Part shown: positions 1 through 8,995 of the stretch, one piece after another
How the letters are laid out: each line of letters starts with the position of its first letter
How positions within the stretch are numbered: the stretch's first letter is position 1
DNA from: Candidatus Jordarchaeia archaeon
GTDB taxonomy: Archaea; Asgardarchaeota; Jordiarchaeia; Jordiarchaeales; Jordiarchaeaceae
Length of the DNA: 29,175 bases
Direction: 5' to 3'
NCBI GenBank assembly: GCA_029856435.1
Contig: JAHQXB010000071.1
Location: 1-29,175, forward strand
Notes under the pieces: generated by a model
The model's database searches: none
What the model was told of the DNA's origin: nothing
The model's input: the letters and a program-made list of their open reading frames with translations, nothing else
Position numbers and translations under genes: made by a program

Positions 1-513
1 CCTGAATCGCCGGAAACCTGCATTTCCCTATTTAGGGATATGATTGGGCTCCACCTCCATTGTTTGTTATAACATATAACATAGGAGAGCCCAAAAATCC
101 CAAAAAAGTTGACCGATTAGCAGGCACAACCAAAATTTTCAGCATATTAAGATTCTTCTGGTGCTTCCTATCATAATTTCTTTCATTAGTGAAAAAAGTG
201 CTCCGTACATTCTCCATCTTTGTTTTATTAACGTGAAAAACAATTTTTCATATTTCTGTCTAAAACGCTCTAGCGTATGAGGTTTTTTATATTTTTGTAG
301 GCTTCGCTTTGGTTAAAGTTTTTATATGGGGGTTTCTGTATTTTTTATTATTTTTTTATTTAATACTTTCGGTTTACTCTCTATCTACTATATATTTGTA
401 TTTTAAAAGGAATTAATTTTATTCTTAATTTCAATAAAAATAATTTTAAAAATATATTTTTTATTAATTAAAAATTAATATATTAAAGGTATCTAAAAAT
501 ATGGTGGTTTATT

Positions 514-1524
514 GTGGACCAGGACAGTGAAAAATTCCTTTGCCCTGAATGTTCGGGTGCTTTAGTATTACATTCTGGCGAATTTGTGTGTGGAGATTGC
601 GGTTTAGTTGTCTCCAAGCAGTATTTGGCACCTATTTTCGCTATAAATGAAGATGACTTATCAACCAATCAATATAAACACTATGTAGCATTGGGCGATA
701 GGGTTCATTTAGTTGACGGTATGGGTAGCTATATTGATTATCAGCGTACTCCCTTCTTTTATGATGGACAGGGTGCACCTCTCTCTTCGGATAAACAGGC
801 ATTGTATAGAAAATTAAAATTCAAATACAGTCTACGTCTAAGAATAGATAAAAGAGAATCAGATTATAGAGCGTTAAAGACATTGGATCATGTTACTTCT
901 ATGCTCCAAATTTCGAATTCTGTACGAGATAGGGCTGCTTATCTCTATCAGAAAGCAGTCAAAAAAATTAATAAAAAGGTTTCAAATCACATAGTTCTCA
1001 TTGCCGCTTGTCTTTTTTTCGCCATTAGAGAATATAAAGAACTAGCACCTTTAACAATACAAGAAATTACACAAAGCTTTAAAAAACTGGGTCATAGAAT
1101 AAGTGTAAAAAAGGTAATTAGAATAACCCTAGACCTAAGAACTTTATTCATACGGGAACATCCAAAAATCAGAAAGAGCGAAGATTATTTATACAGAGTA
1201 ATATCTGACGTAGTATCCTCCCCAATTATCGAACAGCGTTTAAAAGAAAGAGGCTTTAATACAGAAGAGTATAGAAGTCTACTAATGAAGGAAAGTAACC
1301 TCATATTAAGCAAAGTCGGAAGCACTTACCGCGGAGGAAGAAACCCATACATCTTTGCAGTATCTACAGTTTATTGCGCAGACCGTATAATGGCTAAGAA
1401 AAAGGCTAAGAAACCAATTCTAACACAGAAAATCCTAGCCAAAATAACCAGAGTTGCAGAGTATAGTATCAGAGACCATTACACAACTGTTTTAAAAACT
1501 ATAATAACGACTTACGAAAAATAG
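514..1524 (+). CDS. tfb: Transcription initiation factor IIB (TFB) family protein, divergent paralog
   Basis: N-terminal Zn ribbon CPEC...CGDC; linker DGQGAPLS; cyclin-fold repeats (LQISNSVRDRAAYLYQKA; GGRNPYIFAVSTVY); C-terminal HTH LTQKILAKITRVAEYSIRDHY. GTG start with GGTGG upstream. Confidence 0.85.
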   Translation: MDQDSEKFLCPECSGALVLHSGEFVCGDCGLVVSKQYLAPIFAINEDDLSTNQYKHYVALGDRVHLVDGMGSYIDYQRTPFFYDGQGAPLSSDKQALYRKLKFKYSLRLRIDKRESDYRALKTLDHVTSMLQISNSVRDRAAYLYQKAVKKINKKVSNHIVLIAACLFFAIREYKELAPLTIQEITQSFKKLGHRISVKKVIRITLDLRTLFIREHPKIRKSEDYLYRVISDVVSSPIIEQRLKERGFNTEEYRSLLMKESNLILSKVGSTYRGGRNPYIFAVSTVYCADRIMAKKKAKKPILTQKILAKITRVAEYSIRDHYTTVLKTIITTYEK

Positions 1525-1767
1525 TCCTAATAGGTGATACTAATTTTGCCCAGCTACCCTTCAGTTCCCTCCTATTATACTCTTTGGATTAGGAAAAAAG
1601 CTTTTTGCCATTTTCTAAAAAGCAGTAAGAAAAACAAGCAACAATGCCAAAAAAGGCGAGTGAGGTTCTTTTAAAATTCCTTTGACCTTTTTTGGAGTAA
1701 ATAGACTCTCATTAAACGAGCTACGAGTAGGCCATTATAATATCAATAAACAGGAATAATGAATTTT

Positions 1768-3675
1768 TTATTTCAATCTAATTGTTTCTAAATTCTGTGG
1801 CGCTCTAGTCTCTATTTTAAATACTTTGTGTGCTGTGCTTGCCAGACTAATACACTTTGAATTTTCCCCATGACAAGTGATTATCCTTTCGGGTTTGGGG
1901 GATAGCTTTCGAATATAGTCTAATAGCTGTCTCCTGTCACTATGCCCTGAGAAACCGTCTACCGTTTTAATATCGAGTCTCACATTCACCATTTCCGTTT
2001 TACCTTCTTTATTTTTCATAGGTATCTCCTTCCAACCTTTTTGCACCCTACGACCGAGTGTACCTTCTACTTGATATGAGACAAATAGCAAGGTATTCTT
2101 TGGATCGGGAGCCATTAGCTGGAAATACTCTACACTGGGCCCACCACTTAACATACCAGAAGTAGCCATTATTATACAAGGGTCTCCTTCGATTATGTCT
2201 GGCCTTGAACCTGCTCCCTCTACTGGTTTGAAGTATTCTGCTAGAAAAGGATTGCTACCTTGATGGAAAATTCTTTCACGTAGATCCTTCGATAAATATT
2301 CCGGATGAGTTGTATGGATAGCAGTGGCTTCGCTTATCATTCCATCTATATATATTGGAACTTCACGTAACATCCTTTTTCTCATATATTCCTCCAACAC
2401 TAGGATGAGTTCTTGCGCCCTCCCCACAGCCAATACAGGGATAAGTACTTTGCCGTCTCGGGATAAAGTTGCATTGATTATCTCCACCAGTTCTCTTTCA
2501 GCTCTTTTCCGTGAAGGCATTATATCGCTGGGCGCTCCATAAGTACTTTCAATTATAATCGTTTCTAATCTTGGAAATGTGCTGCTTGCAGCCTCTAATA
2601 AGCGAGACTTGGAGAATTTAATATCTCCGGTATAAGCGATATTGTATAGGCCGTCGCCTATATGTAAATGTGCAATCGCTGAGCCCAGTATATGTCCTGC
2701 ATTATGAAGGGTAAGACGAATGTCCGGAGCTATATCTGTAACCTCACCATAATCCAGAGGTATGGTGTGTAAAATTGCCTTCCTAACATCCTTCTGACTA
2801 TAAGGCAGTAGTTTTCCTTCGCGTTCTGCAACGTCTAGATAGTCTAATTGGAGAAGTGTCATTAAGTTAAGAGTAGCTTTAGTGCAATAGACAGGACCTT
2901 CATAACCATATTTAAATAAAAATGGTAAAAATCCACTGTGGTCTAGATGAGCGTGAGTGATTATGACGGCATCTAAATTTTCCAAATCAAATTCAGGCAA
3001 GTCTATCCGCGGAAACGCCTGCATAGAAACTCCTACATTAACACCACAATCAATTAAAATCGAACTTTCAGCCGTTTGCACAAAAATCGCAGTCCGCCCT
3101 ACTTCCCTGAAGCCACCCAATGAGGTTATACGTAACCAACCATCCTTAACTAATAAGGGGCGATGTATTCGTCTACCAATATTTCTAAGTATTTGCTTTC
3201 TTGCTACACACTCTGTTTGCAAAGCATGTCTAATTTTAGATATCATTTCCGAGGCTAGTGGAGGAGTTCTAATCACTGAAGGCCTCCAAAGAACAGTCCT
3301 TGTTATTTCTTTTAGTGTAACTCCATTTCTTCCTATCACAAGGCCAGGCTTTTTCGCTTCAATTATAACTTCGCCCACATTTTCATCGAAATTTATGTTT
3401 GTTATTTCAGCTTCTTCAGTTACTATTTTTCTTATTTTTTCTGCCGCTTCAGCAGGGGGCATTCTAACAGAAGGATCCGATCTAATTACCAACCTTTTAC
3501 GTATGCGTTTTGCAAGCTCTTTAACAAGCTCGCTGTCATCGACCAAAATTTTGGGATTTTTAAGGTAGATTGCAATTTCTGGTCCTTCAAATTCTACTTC
3601 TGTAACATTAGCTTCTTTAGGTATTCCTTGTAAAATTGTATTTTTTACTTCGCTAAGAACTTCTTGTGATAACAA
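1768..3675 (-). CDS. fttA: aCPSF1 / FttA beta-CASP ribonuclease with tandem KH domains (transcription termination factor)
   Basis: 635 aa; KH GxxG (GLVIGRNG); MBL motif THAHLDH; AGHILGS; YTGD; beta-CASP ESTYG and FSGHSD; CHGE. TTG start with AGGAGG RBS. Confidence 0.97.
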   Translation of the reverse strand: MLSQEVLSEVKNTILQGIPKEANVTEVEFEGPEIAIYLKNPKILVDDSELVKELAKRIRKRLVIRSDPSVRMPPAEAAEKIRKIVTEEAEITNINFDENVGEVIIEAKKPGLVIGRNGVTLKEITRTVLWRPSVIRTPPLASEMISKIRHALQTECVARKQILRNIGRRIHRPLLVKDGWLRITSLGGFREVGRTAIFVQTAESSILIDCGVNVGVSMQAFPRIDLPEFDLENLDAVIITHAHLDHSGFLPFLFKYGYEGPVYCTKATLNLMTLLQLDYLDVAEREGKLLPYSQKDVRKAILHTIPLDYGEVTDIAPDIRLTLHNAGHILGSAIAHLHIGDGLYNIAYTGDIKFSKSRLLEAASSTFPRLETIIIESTYGAPSDIMPSRKRAERELVEIINATLSRDGKVLIPVLAVGRAQELILVLEEYMRKRMLREVPIYIDGMISEATAIHTTHPEYLSKDLRERIFHQGSNPFLAEYFKPVEGAGSRPDIIEGDPCIIMATSGMLSGGPSVEYFQLMAPDPKNTLLFVSYQVEGTLGRRVQKGWKEIPMKNKEGKTEMVNVRLDIKTVDGFSGHSDRRQLLDYIRKLSPKPERIITCHGENSKCISLASTAHKVFKIETRAPQNLETIRLK

Positions 3676-4272
3676 CTTATGTCCTCCTTTGAGGTCCAGA
3701 GAATATGTCCTTATTACCTTTCCTCAATTAGATATATTAATTGCTTTGAATTTTGGGCTATAATATGTTAAATCAGACATTATTAATAGTTGTTAAAAGT
3801 GTGATGCCTTTGTTCTATTTTTCCAAAACGGTTCAGTGTTTCAGACAAGTATGAAATTATTCATACTTTTACATTTGCTTATTTGTGTTTCCTCAGCTTT
3901 CTGGAATTAAAGGATTCGTATTTTGAAGCGTTTTAGAAGTGAGCCTTTTAATATTAAATATTGGGCATCTAAGTATCTGGCTGAGGAAAAATCGAATTTT
4001 AGAATTACTACGTTCACTGAACATCCACTAGGTAATAAATATTTCGTAAAAGAACGGCAATGAGGCTGCCAAATTTTTATTATCCTCAGATTCATTTTTA
4101 AGGATGTAATGAATAGGATTTAATGTTCCCAAATTTTTATAGAAAACAAAAGGTCACGTCCTCTAGGCTTTAAACCAAAGGGGGCTTCGTAAAAAATTAT
4201 CGTTTATAAATGCGAAAAACTCAAAGAGGAATGATAATATTATAGGGAATAATCAATGACTTTAGCCAATCG

Positions 4273-5340
4273 GTGAAAACTGAGATGAGATTACAAGTTA
4301 AGACGGGAAAAAAGGTGCATATTCCAATTTTGACCGAAGAAGGGGCTCTTAGCAAAGTAGGAGAAATCTGCTTGGGATTGGGCATTACGGGTGGAGCTTT
4401 GGTAGTTTCAGATCCTATAGTAATAAAAGTTACTGAAGATAAGATTTCCAACTCGCTTAAAGAATCAGGAATAGATCACTCATTCAAACTGATAGAAAGA
4501 GCTACAAAATTTGCTGTTGACCAAGTTAGAGAAGAGGCACGAAAATTAAAAAGCAGGGTAATATTGGGTGTGGGAGGAGGGGGAGTAATAGACGTATCAA
4601 AGCTTTCCGCCTCGCAGGAGAATATACCCTTCATTAGTGTTCCAACTGCAGCTTCACATGACGGAATAGCTTCACCTCGAGCAAAAATTAATCACATCGC
4701 TCCGTTTTCTATAGAAGCAAATTCCCCCATTGCAATTATTGCAGATATTGATATTATATCAAAAGCGCCATACCGATTAACCGCTTCAGGGTGTGGAGAT
4801 TTAATAGCCAAGCTTACTTCTGTAAAAGATTGGGAGCTAGCCCATTTGCGCAAAAATGAAAGATTCGACAAGCAGGCTGCAACTATGGCTAAAGAGAGCG
4901 GCGAATACCTAGTTAGAAATGCAAAATTAGTAAGGGACAAAACCAAAAAAGGCTACCAACTGGTGGTAGAAGGACTAATTAAAAGCGGAATTGCCATGGC
5001 CCTAGCGGGCTCAAGCCGTCCATCAAGTGGTGCTGAGCATATGTTTAGTCATAAACTTGACCAGATAGCACCGAATTCAGCTTATCATGGAGAGCAATGT
5101 GGAATTGGAACTATAATTATGATGTATTTGCATGATGGTGATTGGAAAACTATAGTTGATACTCTAAAGACTGTTGGCGCGCCTACAACTGCGAAAGATA
5201 TTCATGTAGATAGCGAAATAATCATTAAAGCGATTTGTGGAGCAAAAGAAATTAGAAGTGATAGGTATACCATCCTCGATGAAAAAAAGATAAATCCAAA
5301 ATTAGCAGAAGAAGCTGCAACAGTTACAGGGGTAATCTAA
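4273..5340 (+). CDS. egsA: NAD(P)-dependent glycerol-1-phosphate dehydrogenase (archaeal lipid backbone synthesis)
   Basis: GVGGGGVIDVSK, SVPTAASHDGIASP, GCGDLIAK, SSRPSSGAEHMFSH, HGEQCG motifs. Exact start codon uncertain. Confidence 0.95.
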   Translation: MKTEMRLQVKTGKKVHIPILTEEGALSKVGEICLGLGITGGALVVSDPIVIKVTEDKISNSLKESGIDHSFKLIERATKFAVDQVREEARKLKSRVILGVGGGGVIDVSKLSASQENIPFISVPTAASHDGIASPRAKINHIAPFSIEANSPIAIIADIDIISKAPYRLTASGCGDLIAKLTSVKDWELAHLRKNERFDKQAATMAKESGEYLVRNAKLVRDKTKKGYQLVVEGLIKSGIAMALAGSSRPSSGAEHMFSHKLDQIAPNSAYHGEQCGIGTIIMMYLHDGDWKTIVDTLKTVGAPTTAKDIHVDSEIIIKAICGAKEIRSDRYTILDEKKINPKLAEEAATVTGVI

Positions 5341-5359
5341 AGGATTTTTGGGATTGTTT

Positions 5360-5803
5360 ATGACCAGCATTTTAACCCTTGTTGGTGTTAAACAAGCAAA
5401 GAAAGGAGAAAAATTCGTTTACATGGGCCATGCTGGACCATGCGAAAAATGCGAATTTTATAAAGTATGTATTAGCAATCTTAAACCGAAAAGAGTGTAT
5501 GAAATAATCGACGTCCGTGACATAAAACATCCTTGTAAAATTCATGAAGAAGGAGTACGTGTCGTGGAGGTTAAATACTCAAATATTCCCGCCGCTTTAG
5601 AAGCAAAACAAGTTATACCGGGAGTTACCATTACTTATTCGCCAATAAATTGCAACGTTTATGACTGTCGTTTCATAGATTTCTGTAGGCCTGACGGCCT
5701 CTTCGAAGGAGATAAATGCACTATTGAAGAGGTAATGGAGAAGATAGAGGAATGCAGAACAGGAAAGGTACTTAGGTTAGTACTACTCAAGATTGTGTCG
5801 TAG
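5360..5803 (+). CDS. UPF0179 family protein (Cys-rich archaeal conserved protein)
   Basis: TLVG..QAKKGEKFVY pattern, CEKCEFYKVC, RDIKHPCKIHEEGVRVVEV and a second Cys cluster. ATG at 5360 preferred over TTG at 5348. Confidence 0.85.
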   Translation: MTSILTLVGVKQAKKGEKFVYMGHAGPCEKCEFYKVCISNLKPKRVYEIIDVRDIKHPCKIHEEGVRVVEVKYSNIPAALEAKQVIPGVTITYSPINCNVYDCRFIDFCRPDGLFEGDKCTIEEVMEKIEECRTGKVLRLVLLKIVS

Positions 5804-6503
5804 TGGTTCTTTCAAAAGTTTCTAAGAATTTAACATTTTCAAAATCAAAATTTGAGAAGATATCACTTACAAGTCCAATTTTAGCCAGCTGAATATTATT
5901 AGCAAGAACTATTTCGGTAGGTATAGATATCTCAACCGACTTCCCTGTAATATTAATTTTAAATTTGTTAGAATCAACACCAGAAATTCTATTCTCGATT
6001 AACGCTTTTATCTTATCTTCATCTTTCTCTAATATGTTTCTTATCGTCACCTCATATTCTAAAACTTGACCTGCTAGTGGATGATTCATATCAACGCGTA
6101 CCCTACCACCGCTAACCTTTTGAACAGTTGCTAGACGCCCCTTCACGCGTATCGTCATCCCCGGTCTTGGTTTCACATTTTGTTTTAGAAATTCCCGCGC
6201 AGAAAAAGTTTTAATATTTTTAGGATCTCTCTTACCAAATCCCTTCTCCGGCGGAATTTCTACAACTTTTGTTTCACTAACATTCATTGTTTCCAAAGCT
6301 TCGTCTAGCCCAGGAAGCACCCAACCAGCGCCAACCACAACTAGTCTGGGTTTGTATACTTCACGCTCATTAAAAATATCCGCCTTTACTGCAACTTCTT
6401 GAATAGTTGTATCAAAAACTTTTCCAGTGCTTTTAACACGACCAATTAAATCAACTAAAATAAAGTTTCTTTTTCCGACTTGTTTTGCTCCAGTTTCCGA
6501 CAT
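5787..6503 (-). CDS. Long-type FKBP peptidyl-prolyl cis-trans isomerase (SlyD-like)
   Basis: GKVFDTT, VVGAGWVLPGLDEAL, IPPEKGFGKRDP, RVRVDMNHPLAGQVL motifs plus archaeal C-terminal extension. ATG at 6503 preferred over the ORF start at 6518. Confidence 0.93.
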   Translation of the reverse strand: MSETGAKQVGKRNFILVDLIGRVKSTGKVFDTTIQEVAVKADIFNEREVYKPRLVVVGAGWVLPGLDEALETMNVSETKVVEIPPEKGFGKRDPKNIKTFSAREFLKQNVKPRPGMTIRVKGRLATVQKVSGGRVRVDMNHPLAGQVLEYEVTIRNILEKDEDKIKALIENRISGVDSNKFKINITGKSVEISIPTEIVLANNIQLAKIGLVSDIFSNFDFENVKFLETFERTTTTQS

Positions 6504-6796
6504 CTCTGTACACCACATAATTCTAGAAATCCCAGTAGTAGATTATTATTAAATCTTTTCGTCTATTTCACTCCTCTCTTTTTCCACATGAAATTGCAAT
6601 ATCACTACATAAGTTTACGTGCCTATTTTTGGACACTTTTAACCACTGAGATAGACTGATATGAAAGCCAAAAAGGCGTTCCTCTGAGCATTTGAAACTC
6701 TCGTATTTCCTCTTATTATTGTGAGAGCTAAATAAACTAGATTAAAAAGTTAATAAACGAATTCGTCAAGTGTTAAGAAGAAAAAGCAAATTGGAG

Positions 6797-7270
6797 TTAC
6801 CTCTCCCAAAAGCTTTCCTTATCTCTTGAAACCCACTCAAACCCGTAAGTTTTCAGCACCTCGTTCACTACACCCCAAACCTCTTTACCCAGAAAGGCTT
6901 TTGGTTTGATTATAATTTTATCTTTTGTTAATTCGAAACTCAGCATAAGTTGGTATTCGCTAAGCTCCTCCCTAACCGTTTCTAAAATAAGACTCTTTTT
7001 CTCACCAGATTCTATTATCCTCTTTATCCTCTCTTTTTGGAGATACTTAATATAGTCTTCCCAGATATAAATTGGCGGCGAAGAAGTTAGTAGAGCCTCT
7101 ATTAGACGCGCTTCCTCCTCTATTCTGGGTTTGGGTTCTTTGAAAACCTCACGAATAGCCCTACGAGCAATTTTGATGAGAGCAACGTACCTTTTCACTG
7201 CAAAATTAACAAATTCTTCGTCTTCATAATCCAAACACATCATCTCTCCTTCTAGGGTTCTCGACGCCAT
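6797..7270 (-). CDS. Hypothetical protein
   Basis: 157-aa ORF with protein-like composition. AGGAG precedes the ATG ATG at 7243/7240, the likely true start. No family recognised with confidence. Confidence 0.7.
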   Translation of the reverse strand: MASRTLEGEMMCLDYEDEEFVNFAVKRYVALIKIARRAIREVFKEPKPRIEEEARLIEALLTSSPPIYIWEDYIKYLQKERIKRIIESGEKKSLILETVREELSEYQLMLSFELTKDKIIIKPKAFLGKEVWGVVNEVLKTYGFEWVSRDKESFWER

Positions 7271-7867
7271 ATACAGTCGACAAGATAAATGTGCAAGGCC
7301 ACACCATTCTCTAAGTTATGAACATTTTCTTCGACAACAGGGCACTTCTCGGATTTGAGTTAGTTCCTTAGGTATTTGAACCTTACCTATGCCCACATAT
7401 CATCAAAATTCCCCCAAAAAACAACCTCACATCAAGAACTACCATCAAGAATGGGAAAAGGAACACCCAGAAATGCAAGTGCTACCTCACATAGTTAAAC
7501 CCCACATACCACGCCTTTTTAGTGAACCGTTTGGACGCCTGTTGAGTCTATCTACTTTGGTTACTGGTAGCCTCTCCTTTATGGCAGTATGTTTATAGAA
7601 ATTTTGCGGTTACCCCTTAGCGTTTTCAAGAACGCAGTATTCCTCCACTTTTTCTGGTTATAGAGAGAATTTTTTCAAACGGCCTTTTCTTTATATCCAA
7701 GTTATGGTTTGCAGTAGTGATGTCTTCGACCATGCAGTGTTAGTTAGACCCATTTACCTCAAAAGAGTTTCAGAAAATTTTGATAAATTCCATCTTTGAG
7801 ACATAACCGAGAAATAAATCACTAGATGTTGTCGCAGTTATTTTTAATTCTATTGTACCTGCTACAA

Positions 7868-7976
7868 GGGTGATGTAGAATCGTTCGATTTCGCCTCAAA
7901 AAGGGGTGTTTATAGGGCTTCTTTCACGATTTGGAGCCTTATTAGGGAGATGGAACCGAATAAATCTGCACCACCC
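7868..7976. mobile_element. MITE-like element, copy 1 (109 bp)
   Basis: Imperfect TIRs GGGTGATGTAGAAT (7868-7881) and AATCTGCACCACCC (7963-7976); exact 8-bp direct repeat TGCTACAA at 7860-7867 and 7977-7984; no credible coding capacity; similar to 19167-19276. Confidence 0.8.
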
Positions 7977-8113
7977 TGCTACAAAATCCTATTTATCTAC
8001 TGAAAACGTTCTCATAATTTTTCCGAGATGTGAAAATTGTAGGTTTAAGAGCAAAATTCTAAAGGGGATTGGAAGATTCTTTATGGTAGATATTTCTATT
8101 GGTGGAGATAAAC

Positions 8114-8980
8114 ATGTTTTATATAGAGAGAATCCAAAAACTGGAAGACTTTGAAAAATGCACCGAGCTGGAAAAGCGTATTTGGGGAACAGGGGAATCA
8201 ACCCCACCACCTTTACTTATTGCACTTCAGAATAATGGAGGATTACTGCTTGGTGCATTTGATGAACGTCGAAACTTGGTGGGGTTCTGCGTCGGATTTC
8301 CAGGGAGTAAAGACAACCAGTCATATTTCTACTCCCACCAAACAGGAGTTTTACCTGAACTCCAGAGTTCAGGTTTAGGTTACATACTGAAAATGAAGCA
8401 GAGAGAGTATGCAATCAAGATGGGATTTAACCTGATAAAGTGGACATTCGACCCCTTGCAGGGATTAAATGGGAACTTCAACCTTAGAAAGTTGGGTGTA
8501 ATTTGTAGAACCTATCTCCCCAACTACTATGGCATTATGAAGGACAAGCTCAATGAGGGAATGCCAACTGATCGATTCGTAGCTGAATGGTGGCTAAAAT
8601 CTAAACGCGTGGTAGATAAAGAGCAAGGTAAAAACGCAAAAGTTAACCTAGATAAACTGTTGACAGAGGGAGCGGAAATTGCGAACGAAACAAAAGCACT
8701 CAAAAAGGATGTTAGGATAGTTGTAAAAAGCAATCCCAGTATAGATTCAGATCTTATACTTATTGAAGTACCACAAAGCATTAGAAGGGTTAAGGAGGAG
8801 TCCATAGATTTGGCTATAGACTGGGTGCAAAAAATAAGGCCCCTATTTTTAAACTATTTTAGTAAAAGGTACATTGCTGCAGATTTTATTTCGGAAATAA
8901 TTGAGGGTGAAAGACGTAACTTCTACCTACTTTTAAAGGATTACTTATTGGAAGACGAGCTAAGAGAAATTGAAAAATAG
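8114..8980 (+). CDS. GNAT-family acyltransferase (D-amino acid N-succinyltransferase-like)
   Basis: YSHQTGVLPELQSSGLGYILK, WTFDPLQGLNGNFNL.KLG, YLPNYYG, GMPTDRF..EW. GGTGGAG RBS before ATG 8114; directly upstream of an OSBS/NSAR gene. Confidence 0.85.
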   Translation: MFYIERIQKLEDFEKCTELEKRIWGTGESTPPPLLIALQNNGGLLLGAFDERRNLVGFCVGFPGSKDNQSYFYSHQTGVLPELQSSGLGYILKMKQREYAIKMGFNLIKWTFDPLQGLNGNFNLRKLGVICRTYLPNYYGIMKDKLNEGMPTDRFVAEWWLKSKRVVDKEQGKNAKVNLDKLLTEGAEIANETKALKKDVRIVVKSNPSIDSDLILIEVPQSIRRVKEESIDLAIDWVQKIRPLFLNYFSKRYIAADFISEIIEGERRNFYLLLKDYLLEDELREIEK

Positions 8981-8995
8981 TATGGTAGATATCTA

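Noticed and set aside
32-217. 61-aa minus-strand ORF at the window start
   Set aside because: Short, no motif, no clear RBS; may be non-coding or a remnant.
330-500. Replication origin
   Set aside because: AT-rich, but no ORB repeats and no cdc6/orc1 gene in the window.
2324-3568. Antisense and alternate-frame ORFs overlapping conserved genes (e.g. 2957-3568, 8941-9402, 21421-21753, 24365-24745, 26332-26721)
   Set aside because: Shadow ORFs of well-supported genes, with no recognisable motifs.
7270-7420. HNH-like fragment on the minus strand (NLENGVALH)
   Set aside because: Only a short resemblance in a stop-interrupted frame; the catalytic pattern cannot be reconstructed.
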